From Nitrospirota bacterium (lineage in GTDB: Bacteria; Nitrospirota; Nitrospiria; 2-01-FULL-66-17), in the NCBI GenBank assembly GCA_040757335.1, contig JBFLXB010000003.1, positions 53,899 through 117,898 of the forward strand: DNA of 64,000 nt, in the 5' to 3' direction. Every line of letters starts with the position of its first letter. Positions within the stretch are counted from its first letter, which is position 1. Below are positions 8,632-17,071 of the stretch, one piece after another. Made by a program: the position numbers and the translations under genes. The notes under the pieces were generated by a model. The model was not told where the DNA came from. It worked only from the letters and a program-made list of their open reading frames with translations, and searched no databases.

Positions 8632-9801
8632 CTAGCTTTCAGGGGGGGAGGGATTCAATTTCGCGCCGGGTTCGACCGCATTGTTGATCACCACGGCCGC
8701 ACCGTTTCGCAGCTTGAGCAGCCCCGAGGTCGCGACGCGTTCGCCGGGTTGAATCCCCTCGAGCACCGCTACAAAGTCGCCTCGGGTGGGGCCGGTCTTG
8801 ATCAACCGTCGGTTCACCACCAACTGGGGCCCCTCGCTGTCGCCCGCTGCCTGCACGTCCCCTTGGGGGGCCTCTCCTGCGGTAGGCGGCGCTGCTTGCA
8901 CGATGTACACCGAGTTGCCGTAGGGGTTATAGCTGACCGCGGTTTGCGGGATCACCACGTAGCTCTCCGCGTTGGGCAGCGCGATGTGAATGCGCGCAAA
9001 GAGCCCGGGCTGGAGGCGGGTGCTCGCGTTGCGGAATGTGGCCTGGGCGTTGAAGTTGCGCGTATTTTCATCCACCCGCGGTTCAATCGCGGTGAGGCGT
9101 CCCTCAAAGCTGGCGTCGGGAAACGCATCGACGCTGGCGGCGACGGGCATCCCGACGGCCAGTATCCCCAGGCGTTGTTCGGGCAGGGCGAAGTTCACAT
9201 AAATCGGATCCAGCGACTGGAGGGTCACCAGCGGCGTGCCCGGGCTCACGTACTGTCCGAGGTTGGCCTGCCTGATCCCGAGCACCCCCGCAAACGGGGC
9301 GCGGATCGTCTTCTTGGCGATGAGGGCGCGCTGCGCCTCGACCCGGGCCGCAGCCTGGGCTGCTTCGCTTTCCAGTTTGTCGAACTGTGACTTGGCCATG
9401 ACCTCAGACCCGAACAGCTCTCGTCCGCGAGCCAACTCCGTCTCGGCCAGGTCTCTCTGCGCTTCCAGGGTTCGCAGCTCAGCCTGGTCCATCACGGAGT
9501 CGAGGGTAACCAAGATGGTGCCCTCGGTGGTGCGTTCTCCGGATTGAAACCGAATGGACTGAACCACACCGGCGACCTCGGCGCTGACCGCGATGCCGTT
9601 GACCGCGGTGACCGTGCCGACCGCGTCGATGGTGGCGGGCCATGTTTGCTCGAGAGCCTCGGTGACCGTGATCGCCACCGGCGGGATCGGCATGTTGTCG
9701 AAGAACTGGTTCATCATCTTGTTGCCGAACCACTTGAACCCGAAGATGGCGCCGAAGACCACGCCCGTCGACACCAACATGATGACCATTCGCTTGTTCA
9801 C
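8632..9801 (-). CDS. RND efflux periplasmic adaptor (membrane fusion protein)
   Basis: N-terminal TM anchor, then coiled-coil and beta-barrel/lipoyl motifs. Co-directional, 50 nt upstream of the RND permease. Confidence 0.85.
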   Translation of the reverse strand: MNKRMVIMLVSTGVVFGAIFGFKWFGNKMMNQFFDNMPIPPVAITVTEALEQTWPATIDAVGTVTAVNGIAVSAEVAGVVQSIRFQSGERTTEGTILVTLDSVMDQAELRTLEAQRDLAETELARGRELFGSEVMAKSQFDKLESEAAQAAARVEAQRALIAKKTIRAPFAGVLGIRQANLGQYVSPGTPLVTLQSLDPIYVNFALPEQRLGILAVGMPVAASVDAFPDASFEGRLTAIEPRVDENTRNFNAQATFRNASTRLQPGLFARIHIALPNAESYVVIPQTAVSYNPYGNSVYIVQAAPPTAGEAPQGDVQAAGDSEGPQLVVNRRLIKTGPTRGDFVAVLEGIQPGERVATSGLLKLRNGAAVVINNAVEPGAKLNPSPPES

Positions 9802-9946
9802 GATCGCGCCTCACCGCGAGTGGATTTGAATTGCGTCTCGTTCACGGCCTTTATACAACGTCTGGGCGGCTTGTTCCAGCGAGACAAATTCCCATCCAAA
9901 CGCATCGGAGAGCATTGGTCGGCGCGGGTTGACGCAGGGTGCGGGT

Positions 9947-10390
9947 TTAACTGTGCTTGAGGACCGCCGCCATCAGGATGGTGAGCACGCCGAGGACCAA
10001 CGTGGCTTCCTGATAGGGGAAGTGCTGAAGGGGCTTTTTGTCGCCGAGTTCCTTGAGGTGGAGGAGGTAGAACGTCAACAGGATCGTAAAAAAGAAAATC
10101 TTGAGCATCAGGGCGTTGAAGTAGAGGCTGTTGAACGTCCCCCGGTATTGTTTGGCGAAGTGAATGTTGATCCCGCCGGTCACCAGCAACAACGTCACGA
10201 ACGCGCCGGAGAGTTTCTGAAAGCGGCCGTGGATTTGGCGAAGGAACGCGCCGCGGACGTCTTTGTCCAGATGCTTTTCGGCCGCGGGCAACAGGACGAG
10301 ACTGGAAAAAATAACGCCGCCGATCCAAATGAACGCCGAAACCAGATGCACCCAGAAGTTGACGATCCGAAAGATTTGATCCGCTTCCAT
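9947..10390 (-). CDS. small 4-TM membrane protein, HemJ/CopD-superfamily-like
   Basis: 147 aa with four hydrophobic helices. First helix FWVHLVSAFIWIGG has the H-x6-W-x-G-G spacing of the HemJ (UPF0093) signature. Start is 1 nt from the stop of the radical SAM gene, so the two are translationally coupled. Confidence 0.4.
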   Translation of the reverse strand: MEADQIFRIVNFWVHLVSAFIWIGGVIFSSLVLLPAAEKHLDKDVRGAFLRQIHGRFQKLSGAFVTLLLVTGGINIHFAKQYRGTFNSLYFNALMLKIFFFTILLTFYLLHLKELGDKKPLQHFPYQEATLVLGVLTILMAAVLKHS

Positions 10391-10391
10391 G

Positions 10392-11720
10392 CTAGCCTTT
10401 GGGAATCAGCCCTTGAAATCGTCCTGCGTCGAACACCGGGGTTTCGTTGCCGAACGTGCGTTTTCGCAAAGCTTCCATGAGCTCCGGCGTGATCATGGCG
10501 ACGCCTTGCTCCCGGCCAAACTTCTCCACGCGTTGCTTGACCATCTTTTGGAGGAAGAAGGGCAGCCGATGGAGGCGTTCCATCGCGGCCTCGCTCCACG
10601 GGGGCGGCGGACCGTCAAAGCTGTCGGTTAAGGGCTGGATCTTGGGTCCGCCCTTCGGGGTGTAATGGCACCACAGGTCCTCATCCAGGTAGTCCCCGTG
10701 TGAGGCGAATGGGCGCGCGCGGCAGCCGCCGCACAACTCGCCGTACTCGCAATCTCCGCACTTCCCCTTGAGCTTCGGCGCGCGCAGGTCGGCGAAGACC
10801 GGCGAGTTGTGCCACAGCGCTTCGAATCCCGATTGCCGCAGGTTGCCGACCGACAGCGGCATGAACGGGCAAGGCGTAAGGTCGCCCTCCGGCGTAATCC
10901 GTGCGTAATGCGTACCGGCCAAACATCCGCCGCCCTCGTAACCCTGGGCCTTGGTGATGGGTGACTCGGGATTCTTTTCGTAGGCGATGCGCTTGAAGTG
11001 CGGGGCGCAGCGCGAGCGCACCAGCATGCCGGGAAATTTGGTTTGAACGTCGAGCAGGTACCCGAGCACCTGCTCGTATTGCTCGGGGGTGATGTCGGAC
11101 ATTTCTTCGCCGCGCCCGGTGCACACGAGGAAGAACAGGTTGTAGACGCGAGCCCCCGCGCGATGGGCGAATTCCATGATCCTGGGGATTTCGTCGTAGT
11201 TCATGGAACTCGCCGTGGTATGAACCTGGAACTGCAGGCCGTTGCGGCGGCAGGCTTCGATCCCCGCGAGCGAGCCCTTGAGCGCGCCGGGCAGGCGGCG
11301 GAAGGCGTCGTGGTTGTGTTCGTCGAGCGAATCCACGGAAATCGAGACGCCCATGACCCCGGCGTCCAGCAGCTCCCGGATTTTGGCGTCGGTAAGCAGG
11401 GTGCCGTTGGTTCCCACCACGACCATCATGCCTTTGGTCGTGGCGTAGCGCGCGATCTGCGGAATATCGCGCCGCAGCAGCGGCTCGCCGCCCGTGAGGA
11501 CGAGGATCGACGCCGGGTTGACGGCCGCCATCTCGTCGACCACGCGGTAGCATTCCTCGGTCGTCAGTTCGTCGATCGAGCCCGCGTCGCGCTCACCGGC
11601 CGAGAGATAGCAATGCGCGCAACGCAGATTACAGCGTTTGGTCAGGTTCCAGGCGATCAGGAAGGGTTTGAAGTCTTCCTGTCGGGGAGTCAGGAGTGGG
11701 AGGTCTAAGTCGGTCGTCAC
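10392..11720 (-). CDS. radical SAM / SPASM-domain enzyme with a C-terminal PCP_red-like (protochlorophyllide reductase subunit B C-terminal) domain
   Basis: CNLRCAHCY is a CxxxCxxC motif. Auxiliary-cluster Cys motifs follow (GGCLAGTHYARITPEGDLTPCPF and CGDCEYGELCGGCRAR). C-terminal WSEAAMERLHRLPFFLQKMVKQRVEKFGREQGVAMITPELMEA resembles the PCP_red domain. Confidence 0.8.
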   Translation of the reverse strand: MTTDLDLPLLTPRQEDFKPFLIAWNLTKRCNLRCAHCYLSAGERDAGSIDELTTEECYRVVDEMAAVNPASILVLTGGEPLLRRDIPQIARYATTKGMMVVVGTNGTLLTDAKIRELLDAGVMGVSISVDSLDEHNHDAFRRLPGALKGSLAGIEACRRNGLQFQVHTTASSMNYDEIPRIMEFAHRAGARVYNLFFLVCTGRGEEMSDITPEQYEQVLGYLLDVQTKFPGMLVRSRCAPHFKRIAYEKNPESPITKAQGYEGGGCLAGTHYARITPEGDLTPCPFMPLSVGNLRQSGFEALWHNSPVFADLRAPKLKGKCGDCEYGELCGGCRARPFASHGDYLDEDLWCHYTPKGGPKIQPLTDSFDGPPPPWSEAAMERLHRLPFFLQKMVKQRVEKFGREQGVAMITPELMEALRKRTFGNETPVFDAGRFQGLIPKG

Positions 11721-11750
11721 GACGATCGGTAACTTGACGGGCCGTAGAGC

Positions 11751-11883
11751 CCGTTCAGGGACGCGTCAGACGCAAGGCGCCGCGAGCACCGGACCTGTAG
11801 GGGCGTATTGCAATACACCCCTACAGAAACGTGAGCACCGGATGCGCAGCGGCAACGCAGCAGATGACCGTTCATGGACGGGC
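11751..11883. repeat. interspersed ~118-bp TIR-bearing repeat, copy A (minus orientation). Its central segment is replaced by a near-perfect 35-bp palindrome at 11792-11826
   Basis: Aligns to the copies at 22667, 39388, 42273 and 52036 (cccgttcagg...gcaaggcg...cgcagcggcaacgcagcagatgaccgttcatggacggg). Supplies the stop codon of the upstream USP gene. Confidence 0.8.
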
Positions 11884-13911
11884 AACGGGTTCGGCCTTCT
11901 TGGGCATGAACTTCGCCAGGATCTCTTCCATCTTGGCGGGATTCTTCATCGCCTCTTCCATCGCGGCCTTCGCTTTTTCGATGCCCTCGTTGCAGATCTC
12001 CAGCGTGATGGCGCGCACGCCATGTTCACGAGCGTGGGTCTCGACCATGCCCTTGGTGCAATCGCGCATGTAGCCGGCCGGAACCCGCTCGATTCGTTGG
12101 ACCGCGTCCCGGGTCCACTCGAACTCGGGAGGCGGCGCGGCCAGCTTTTCTTCCGCGTCGCCGGCCAGCAACTCGTCTTTCCAGCTCACCTCGGAGGCGT
12201 ATTCCATGATGACCTTGCTGGCAAACTCGGTGGTGATCGTCTTGAGCCCCATCTTGCGGGCGGACTTGTCGATGATCGCCTTGGCGCGTCGCCGCATGTA
12301 TCCGGACGGCACCGCTTTGAGCCGCTCCTTGGCTTCGGCGGTCCACTGGATCACCACGTCGTCGTACGCGATTTCCACTTCGACGTTGCCTTCGGCCTTG
12401 GCCGCGGCCACGATGATGGATTTGTCGATGAGTTTGAACTTGGAGCCGTCGGCCGGACAGATCGGGCATTTGACCGGCTGGCCGCCTTTCGCCAGATACC
12501 CGCAATCGCTGCACACCCAGTAGTCCAACTCGCGGCGCTCTTCGTAGCTCAAGATTTTCTGGCCCGCACTTGCCGCGGCCGTGTCGCCCATCAGCCCCAT
12601 GATCTGCGCGCCCTGGGCGCCCATCAGGTCCTTCACCACCTCGTCGCTGGCTTCCATCTTGTTGCGGTCGACGCCCGCAGCGTCCAGCGTTTTCCCAAGC
12701 CCCTTCATCGCGGCCACGGCATCCGGCGGCAGGAGGTGCCCCATCGCCGCGTCCACGACTTCGTTGGAAATGATGGTATGGCCCTTCTCGATCGCGTAGC
12801 GGTAAATCGCGGTCCGGGCCACGCCGCGCGCGAAGACCGGGACCTTTTCCATGCGCTTGGCGGCTTCCTCGGTCCACGCGATCGTATACTGGGCCATGGT
12901 GTCGATCGGCGGTACGTAGGTGCGGTTGGAAATCAGGATGTTGCAGCCCGCCAGGCGCATGAGGTTCTCGGAGTTGCTTCCGATGTCCATGGTGTCGTCG
13001 GAGTGCACGCCGATGCGGCCCATCACCAGCAGCCACGGCTTGTTCTTCTTCACGTACTGCAGGCAGCGCTCGAACGCCTTGCCGTCGAGCAGCGTGGTCT
13101 TGAGCTCCATGCCTTCGGCCTGCGCGACTTGTTTCCCGATGTCCAGGTGCGCCTGGTAGATCTTGGCCAGGCCGGAGTCGATGATCTCTTCGTGCAGCTT
13201 CTCCTGCTCCTTGAACCGGAACACCTTACCGGCTTCTTCGGAGAGCACGTCCGCGATGCTGTTGAACATCGCGTAATGGAAGTAGGGGTCGAACGCCGAG
13301 ATGGCCTCGACCGGCACGTTGAGGGCTTTGCCCAACGCCAGGGCGGTCATCAAACCGCCGTAGGAATGGCCGCTGCCGTCGAGCGCGCACACGATCGGAC
13401 CGTCGGGCTCGATGGCCTTGGGGTTCTTCACGATGAAGAAGTCCGAGTCGTGGACCCGGCGGACCGTGCGCTCCACCACGCTCCCGATCACGCTGTCGCG
13501 GACCGCGCCCACGCCCAGGGCGCCCATGATTACCAAGTCGTATTTGTGGGTCTTGATGTCTTCGACCAGCACTTGGAAATTTTTCCCCTCCAGGAAGCGG
13601 CGCTCGAACCCCACGTTCGCGCTCTTGCACTGCTGATCCACCACGTCCAAATAACAATCGGTGATGATCTCCAGACCGCGGGTGATCAGCGAGTCGTGAA
13701 TGCGGCGTTGCCGCTCCAGCTCCTTTTCGTCGTGGTACTCCTCGGGCAGGCCGGCCTCCATCTGCTTGAACCGTTTGTCGTGCATCTTCGCCGCGTAGGC
13801 GTGACTGCCGACCACGGTGGCGCCGAACTGTTGGGCGAGTTTGACCGCGAGTTCAATGGCGCGGTTGGAATGATCCGAATTGTCGACGGGAACGTAAATC
13901 GTCTTGTACAT
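11872..13911 (-). CDS. multidomain protein: UspA - UspA - PCP_red-like - zinc-ribbon (rubredoxin-like) - PCP_red-like - PCP_red-like
   Basis: Two universal-stress-protein domains with an ATP motif (GALGVGAVRDSVIGSVVERT). CSDCGY...CPICP forms a CxxC...CxxC zinc ribbon. Three repeats W-T-x-E/D-A-x-x-R-hxxVP-x-G/F...R beginning WTEEAAKRMEKVPVFARG, WTAEAKERLKAVPSGYMR and WTRDAVQRIERVPAGYMR. Confidence 0.75.
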   Translation of the reverse strand: MYKTIYVPVDNSDHSNRAIELAVKLAQQFGATVVGSHAYAAKMHDKRFKQMEAGLPEEYHDEKELERQRRIHDSLITRGLEIITDCYLDVVDQQCKSANVGFERRFLEGKNFQVLVEDIKTHKYDLVIMGALGVGAVRDSVIGSVVERTVRRVHDSDFFIVKNPKAIEPDGPIVCALDGSGHSYGGLMTALALGKALNVPVEAISAFDPYFHYAMFNSIADVLSEEAGKVFRFKEQEKLHEEIIDSGLAKIYQAHLDIGKQVAQAEGMELKTTLLDGKAFERCLQYVKKNKPWLLVMGRIGVHSDDTMDIGSNSENLMRLAGCNILISNRTYVPPIDTMAQYTIAWTEEAAKRMEKVPVFARGVARTAIYRYAIEKGHTIISNEVVDAAMGHLLPPDAVAAMKGLGKTLDAAGVDRNKMEASDEVVKDLMGAQGAQIMGLMGDTAAASAGQKILSYEERRELDYWVCSDCGYLAKGGQPVKCPICPADGSKFKLIDKSIIVAAAKAEGNVEVEIAYDDVVIQWTAEAKERLKAVPSGYMRRRAKAIIDKSARKMGLKTITTEFASKVIMEYASEVSWKDELLAGDAEEKLAAPPPEFEWTRDAVQRIERVPAGYMRDCTKGMVETHAREHGVRAITLEICNEGIEKAKAAMEEAMKNPAKMEEILAKFMPKKAEPVARP

Positions 13912-14004
13912 CAGGACTCTCCTCTATGACGCATCCAGCGACCGCACGTAGTGTCCGGGTAGGTGACGCCTGGGACCACCCAGGATGGTGTGCGAAAACG
14001 GCCC

Positions 14005-14033
14005 ATTATAGTCCGAGGGGGCGGCGTTTGCAA
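14005..14033 (-). promoter_or_regulatory. sigma70-like promoter (TTGCAA-N17-TATAAT on the minus strand) driving the USP/PCP_red gene
   Basis: Reverse complement of 14005-14033 reads ttgcaa acgccgccccctcggac tataat. Located 95-120 nt upstream of the ATG at 13911, with an AGGAGAG Shine-Dalgarno sequence in between. Confidence 0.5.
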
Positions 14034-14060
14034 CGATTTGGACACCACGGCACCCATTCC

Positions 14061-14906
14061 TTACGCGGACGACGGGGTCGTGCGGGGGCGGGCAGCCCGC
14101 AGCCGGCGGCGTTTTGGCGAGAACGCGGCGGCGACGAAAAACAGCGCGGTGGCCAGGAGCACGATCGTGGCGCCGGACGGGACGTCGAACTGATACGAGA
14201 TGAGCACGCCGCCCACTGAAGACCCCACCCCGAGCGCCACCGCGAACGCCATCATACCCAGCATGGTGCGTCCCATCTGATACGCAGCGGCCGCTGGGAT
14301 GACGATCATCGCGAACACCAGCAGGGCGCCCACGGTTTTGAGCGACACGACCACGGTCAGCGCGATCAGGTTCAGCAAGAGGAAAAACAGTCGCTTGGAC
14401 GCGATCCCGGTGGCTTCGGCCATCTCGGGGTCGAAGGTGATGAAGTGAAACTCCTTGTAGAACAGCGCGACCAGCGTCAGCACGCCGCCCGCCAACCACA
14501 ACATCGCCGTCAAGTCTCCCCGCGTGACGGAGAGCACGCTTCCGAACAGGAAACCGTAGACTTCGGCGTTGTACGTGCCCATGAGGCCGAGAAACAGCAC
14601 GGCGAGCGCCATGGTGAAGGTGTAGAAGATCCCGATGGAGACGTCGAGTTTCATGATTCCGCGCTGATACAGCGCGTGGACGATCCAGACGGTTCCCAAT
14701 CCGAAGATGATCGCCATTGCGAACGGCGACACTCCGATCAGGTATCCGAACGTCACGCCTGCGAACGCCGCGTGGGACGTCCCGGCGCCGATAAACGACA
14801 GTCCTCTTAGGACCACGAAGACTCCGATCACTGCGCAGAGCGCACCGATGATCACCGAGGCGGCCAGGGCTCGCTGCATGAAGCCAAGGGAGAGCAGTTC
14901 ATGCAT
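14061..14906 (-). CDS. znuB: zinc/manganese ABC transporter permease
   Basis: 281-aa multi-TM protein of the ZnuB/MntB family. Overlaps the znuC stop by 8 nt. Confidence 0.8.
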   Translation of the reverse strand: MHELLSLGFMQRALAASVIIGALCAVIGVFVVLRGLSFIGAGTSHAAFAGVTFGYLIGVSPFAMAIIFGLGTVWIVHALYQRGIMKLDVSIGIFYTFTMALAVLFLGLMGTYNAEVYGFLFGSVLSVTRGDLTAMLWLAGGVLTLVALFYKEFHFITFDPEMAEATGIASKRLFFLLLNLIALTVVVSLKTVGALLVFAMIVIPAAAAYQMGRTMLGMMAFAVALGVGSSVGGVLISYQFDVPSGATIVLLATALFFVAAAFSPKRRRLRAARPRTTPSSA

Positions 14907-15687
14907 GGTGGTCCCCCACGATCACATAAGGCGCGGCGCCGTGGTTGGTGACCACGATTTCCTTCCCGTACACTTGGGCGAGGGTCTCGCGCCGCAGGAC
15001 GTCGGCGGGCGCGCCGGCGGCGAGCAGTCGTGTCTTAAGCAGCAGCAACCGATCAGCCGCTCCGCTGATGAGGTTGATGTCGTGGGTGACGAACAGGATG
15101 GTGAGCCGCAGGTCGCGGTGCAGCTTGGAGATCAACTCCATGATGGCGTGCTGGGTCGGCGCATCGATTCCGGTGGTGGGTTCGTCGAGGAGCAGAATCT
15201 CGGGGCGTTGCGCGAGTGCCCGCGCGATCATGACGCGCTGCTGCTGGCCGCCCGACAACTCCCCCACGGCCGCGCGCGCCAGCGGAACCAGGTCCACGGC
15301 GGCCAGCGCTTGGTTCACGATCTGTCGGTCGGCCCGCCCCGGGTAGCGGAACAATCCGATGGTGCTGTACCGCCCCATCATCACGGCCTCGGCCACGGTG
15401 AGGGGAAAGTGGGGATCGAGATGCTCCGTCTGTGGAAGATATCCGATGCGAGCACGGTGTTCGCACCGAAGGCGGTCGCAGGCGCAGTCGAAGACGCGCA
15501 CCGACCCGGAAGCGGGCGAGACTAAGCCCAGGATCGCCTTGAGGAACGTGGTCTTGCCGGACCCGTTGGGCCCGATCACGCCGATAAACTCTCCGGCGCG
15601 GACCCCGAGGGTCACGTCTTCAAGCGCGAGCCGGTCGCGATAATAGATCGTGGCGTGGTCGAAGGTGATGACGTCCGCGGCGGTCAC
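14899..15687 (-). CDS. znuC: zinc/manganese ABC transporter ATP-binding protein
   Basis: Walker A GPNGSGKTT, ABC signature LSGGQQQRV and Walker B ILLLDEPT. Confidence 0.85.
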   Translation of the reverse strand: MTAADVITFDHATIYYRDRLALEDVTLGVRAGEFIGVIGPNGSGKTTFLKAILGLVSPASGSVRVFDCACDRLRCEHRARIGYLPQTEHLDPHFPLTVAEAVMMGRYSTIGLFRYPGRADRQIVNQALAAVDLVPLARAAVGELSGGQQQRVMIARALAQRPEILLLDEPTTGIDAPTQHAIMELISKLHRDLRLTILFVTHDINLISGAADRLLLLKTRLLAAGAPADVLRRETLAQVYGKEIVVTNHGAAPYVIVGDHHA

Positions 15688-16613
15688 CGCAGGGCCTCCA
15701 GCAGCGTGGCCGCATTGTACCGCATCATGGACAGATAGTCGTCCGTGCCGGGAAGGGCCCCGGGCAGGGGCGTGAGCACGACCACCTTGGCTCCGGTCTC
15801 CTGCGCGAGGGCTTCCGGAATTTTGGGCGAGAGTTGCGGTTCGGAAACGATCACCCGGATCTGCTCTTTCTTGATGACGCGGACCAGCCCTGCAAGGCGC
15901 TTGGCCGAGGGCTCCGACCCGATCTGCGTGAAAATTTCGGCGCGGATGCGCAGGTCCAACCGTCTGGCGAAATACGGCCAGGCCGCGTGGTGCGTGACGA
16001 TCTTGCGGTTGGGGATGGACGCGAATTGAGCGACCAGGCTTCGCTCCAAGTCGTCGAGCTGCTTGAGGTAGGCGGCCTGGTTCGCGAGGTAGGCCTTGCG
16101 GTGGGCGGGGTCTGCTTTGATCAAGCCGTCCGTGACGTGGCGGACCATGATCTGGGCGTTCTCAGGGTCCAGCCACACATGAGGGTTTCCGCCGCTCCGG
16201 CGTTCTTCGGCGCGCGACAGCCCCTGCTTCTCGTCGCCGTGACCGTGTGGCTCCTCCCCCCGCATCAGGGCGATGCCCTTGGACGTGTCCACCACGATGA
16301 GCCGGGGATTCTCGGCGTTATTGATCAGCCCATTGACCCAGACCTCGAGACCGAGGCCCACTTTGACTAGGACCGCGGCCTGGCGCACGGCTTCGACGTC
16401 GCTCGGTTTCGGCGTGTAGGTGTGTTCGCTCTCGAGCCCGGTGATGAGGCTTCGGACGCTGACATGCTCCCCTCCGACCGCCCGCACGAAATCCGCGAGG
16501 ACCGGGAGCGTCGCGACCACCGGCAGCGACTCCGCAAACGCGCTGGGTCCGGCGATGATGGCGGCGACGGGGATCGCGAGGACCAGGCGCCGCAACGCGG
16601 CCCGGTTCACGTG
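15684..16613 (-). CDS. znuA: metal ABC transporter substrate-binding protein (ZnuA-like) with a His/acidic-rich loop
   Basis: Cluster A-I SBP. His-rich loop EEPHGHGDEKQGLSRAEE. Start placed at a GTG (VNRAALRRLVLAIP, signal-peptide-like); the upstream part of the ORF is Arg-rich GC-shadow sequence. Confidence 0.65.
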   Translation of the reverse strand, partial: HVNRAALRRLVLAIPVAAIIAGPSAFAESLPVVATLPVLADFVRAVGGEHVSVRSLITGLESEHTYTPKPSDVEAVRQAAVLVKVGLGLEVWVNGLINNAENPRLIVVDTSKGIALMRGEEPHGHGDEKQGLSRAEERRSGGNPHVWLDPENAQIMVRHVTDGLIKADPAHRKAYLANQAAYLKQLDDLERSLVAQFASIPNRKIVTHHAAWPYFARRLDLRIRAEIFTQIGSEPSAKRLAGLVRVIKKEQIRVIVSEPQLSPKIPEALAQETGAKVVVLTPLPGALPGTDDYLSMMRYNAATLLEALR

Positions 16614-17071
16614 GGGGGCTCGACGCGCGTGAGGAGGATGGTGTTCTCGATATCGTTGTCCACGAACTCGGTGGGCCGCACGCCCAGGGCGGCGGTATGC
16701 GGCATGCGGATCTTGAGTTTGTCTCTTCGCGCGAACTCCGCGATCGCCCGGATGGTGACGGTCTTTCCCTCGGTGACGGCGTCGAGGTCGAGCCACACCG
16801 GATCGTGCGAGCGGTCGAAGCGATAGCGGTACGGCAGGTTCGCCGCGCCGATCGTCATGGTCCCGGAGCCGTCGTCGTTGAAGGTAAACGTGACTTGGTT
16901 GTCAGTTGCGCGATTCGACCACGTGCCGACCAGGGTCGGCGCGAACACCCGGGGGTAGACCCACAAGGCAACCGCGGCCGCCACAACCACGCCGACCCAC
17001 ACCCACGGTCGCCGGCTCCGAGGAGGTGCAGGCAGGCCCGCGCCTTCGCTGGTTTGCGCGACGTCTTCCAT
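16607..17071 (-). CDS. hypothetical exported or membrane-anchored protein
   Basis: N-terminal hydrophobic segment WVWVGVVVAAAVALWVY. No recognisable domain. Confidence 0.4.
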   Translation of the reverse strand: MEDVAQTSEGAGLPAPPRSRRPWVWVGVVVAAAVALWVYPRVFAPTLVGTWSNRATDNQVTFTFNDDGSGTMTIGAANLPYRYRFDRSHDPVWLDLDAVTEGKTVTIRAIAEFARRDKLKIRMPHTAALGVRPTEFVDNDIENTILLTRVEPPT

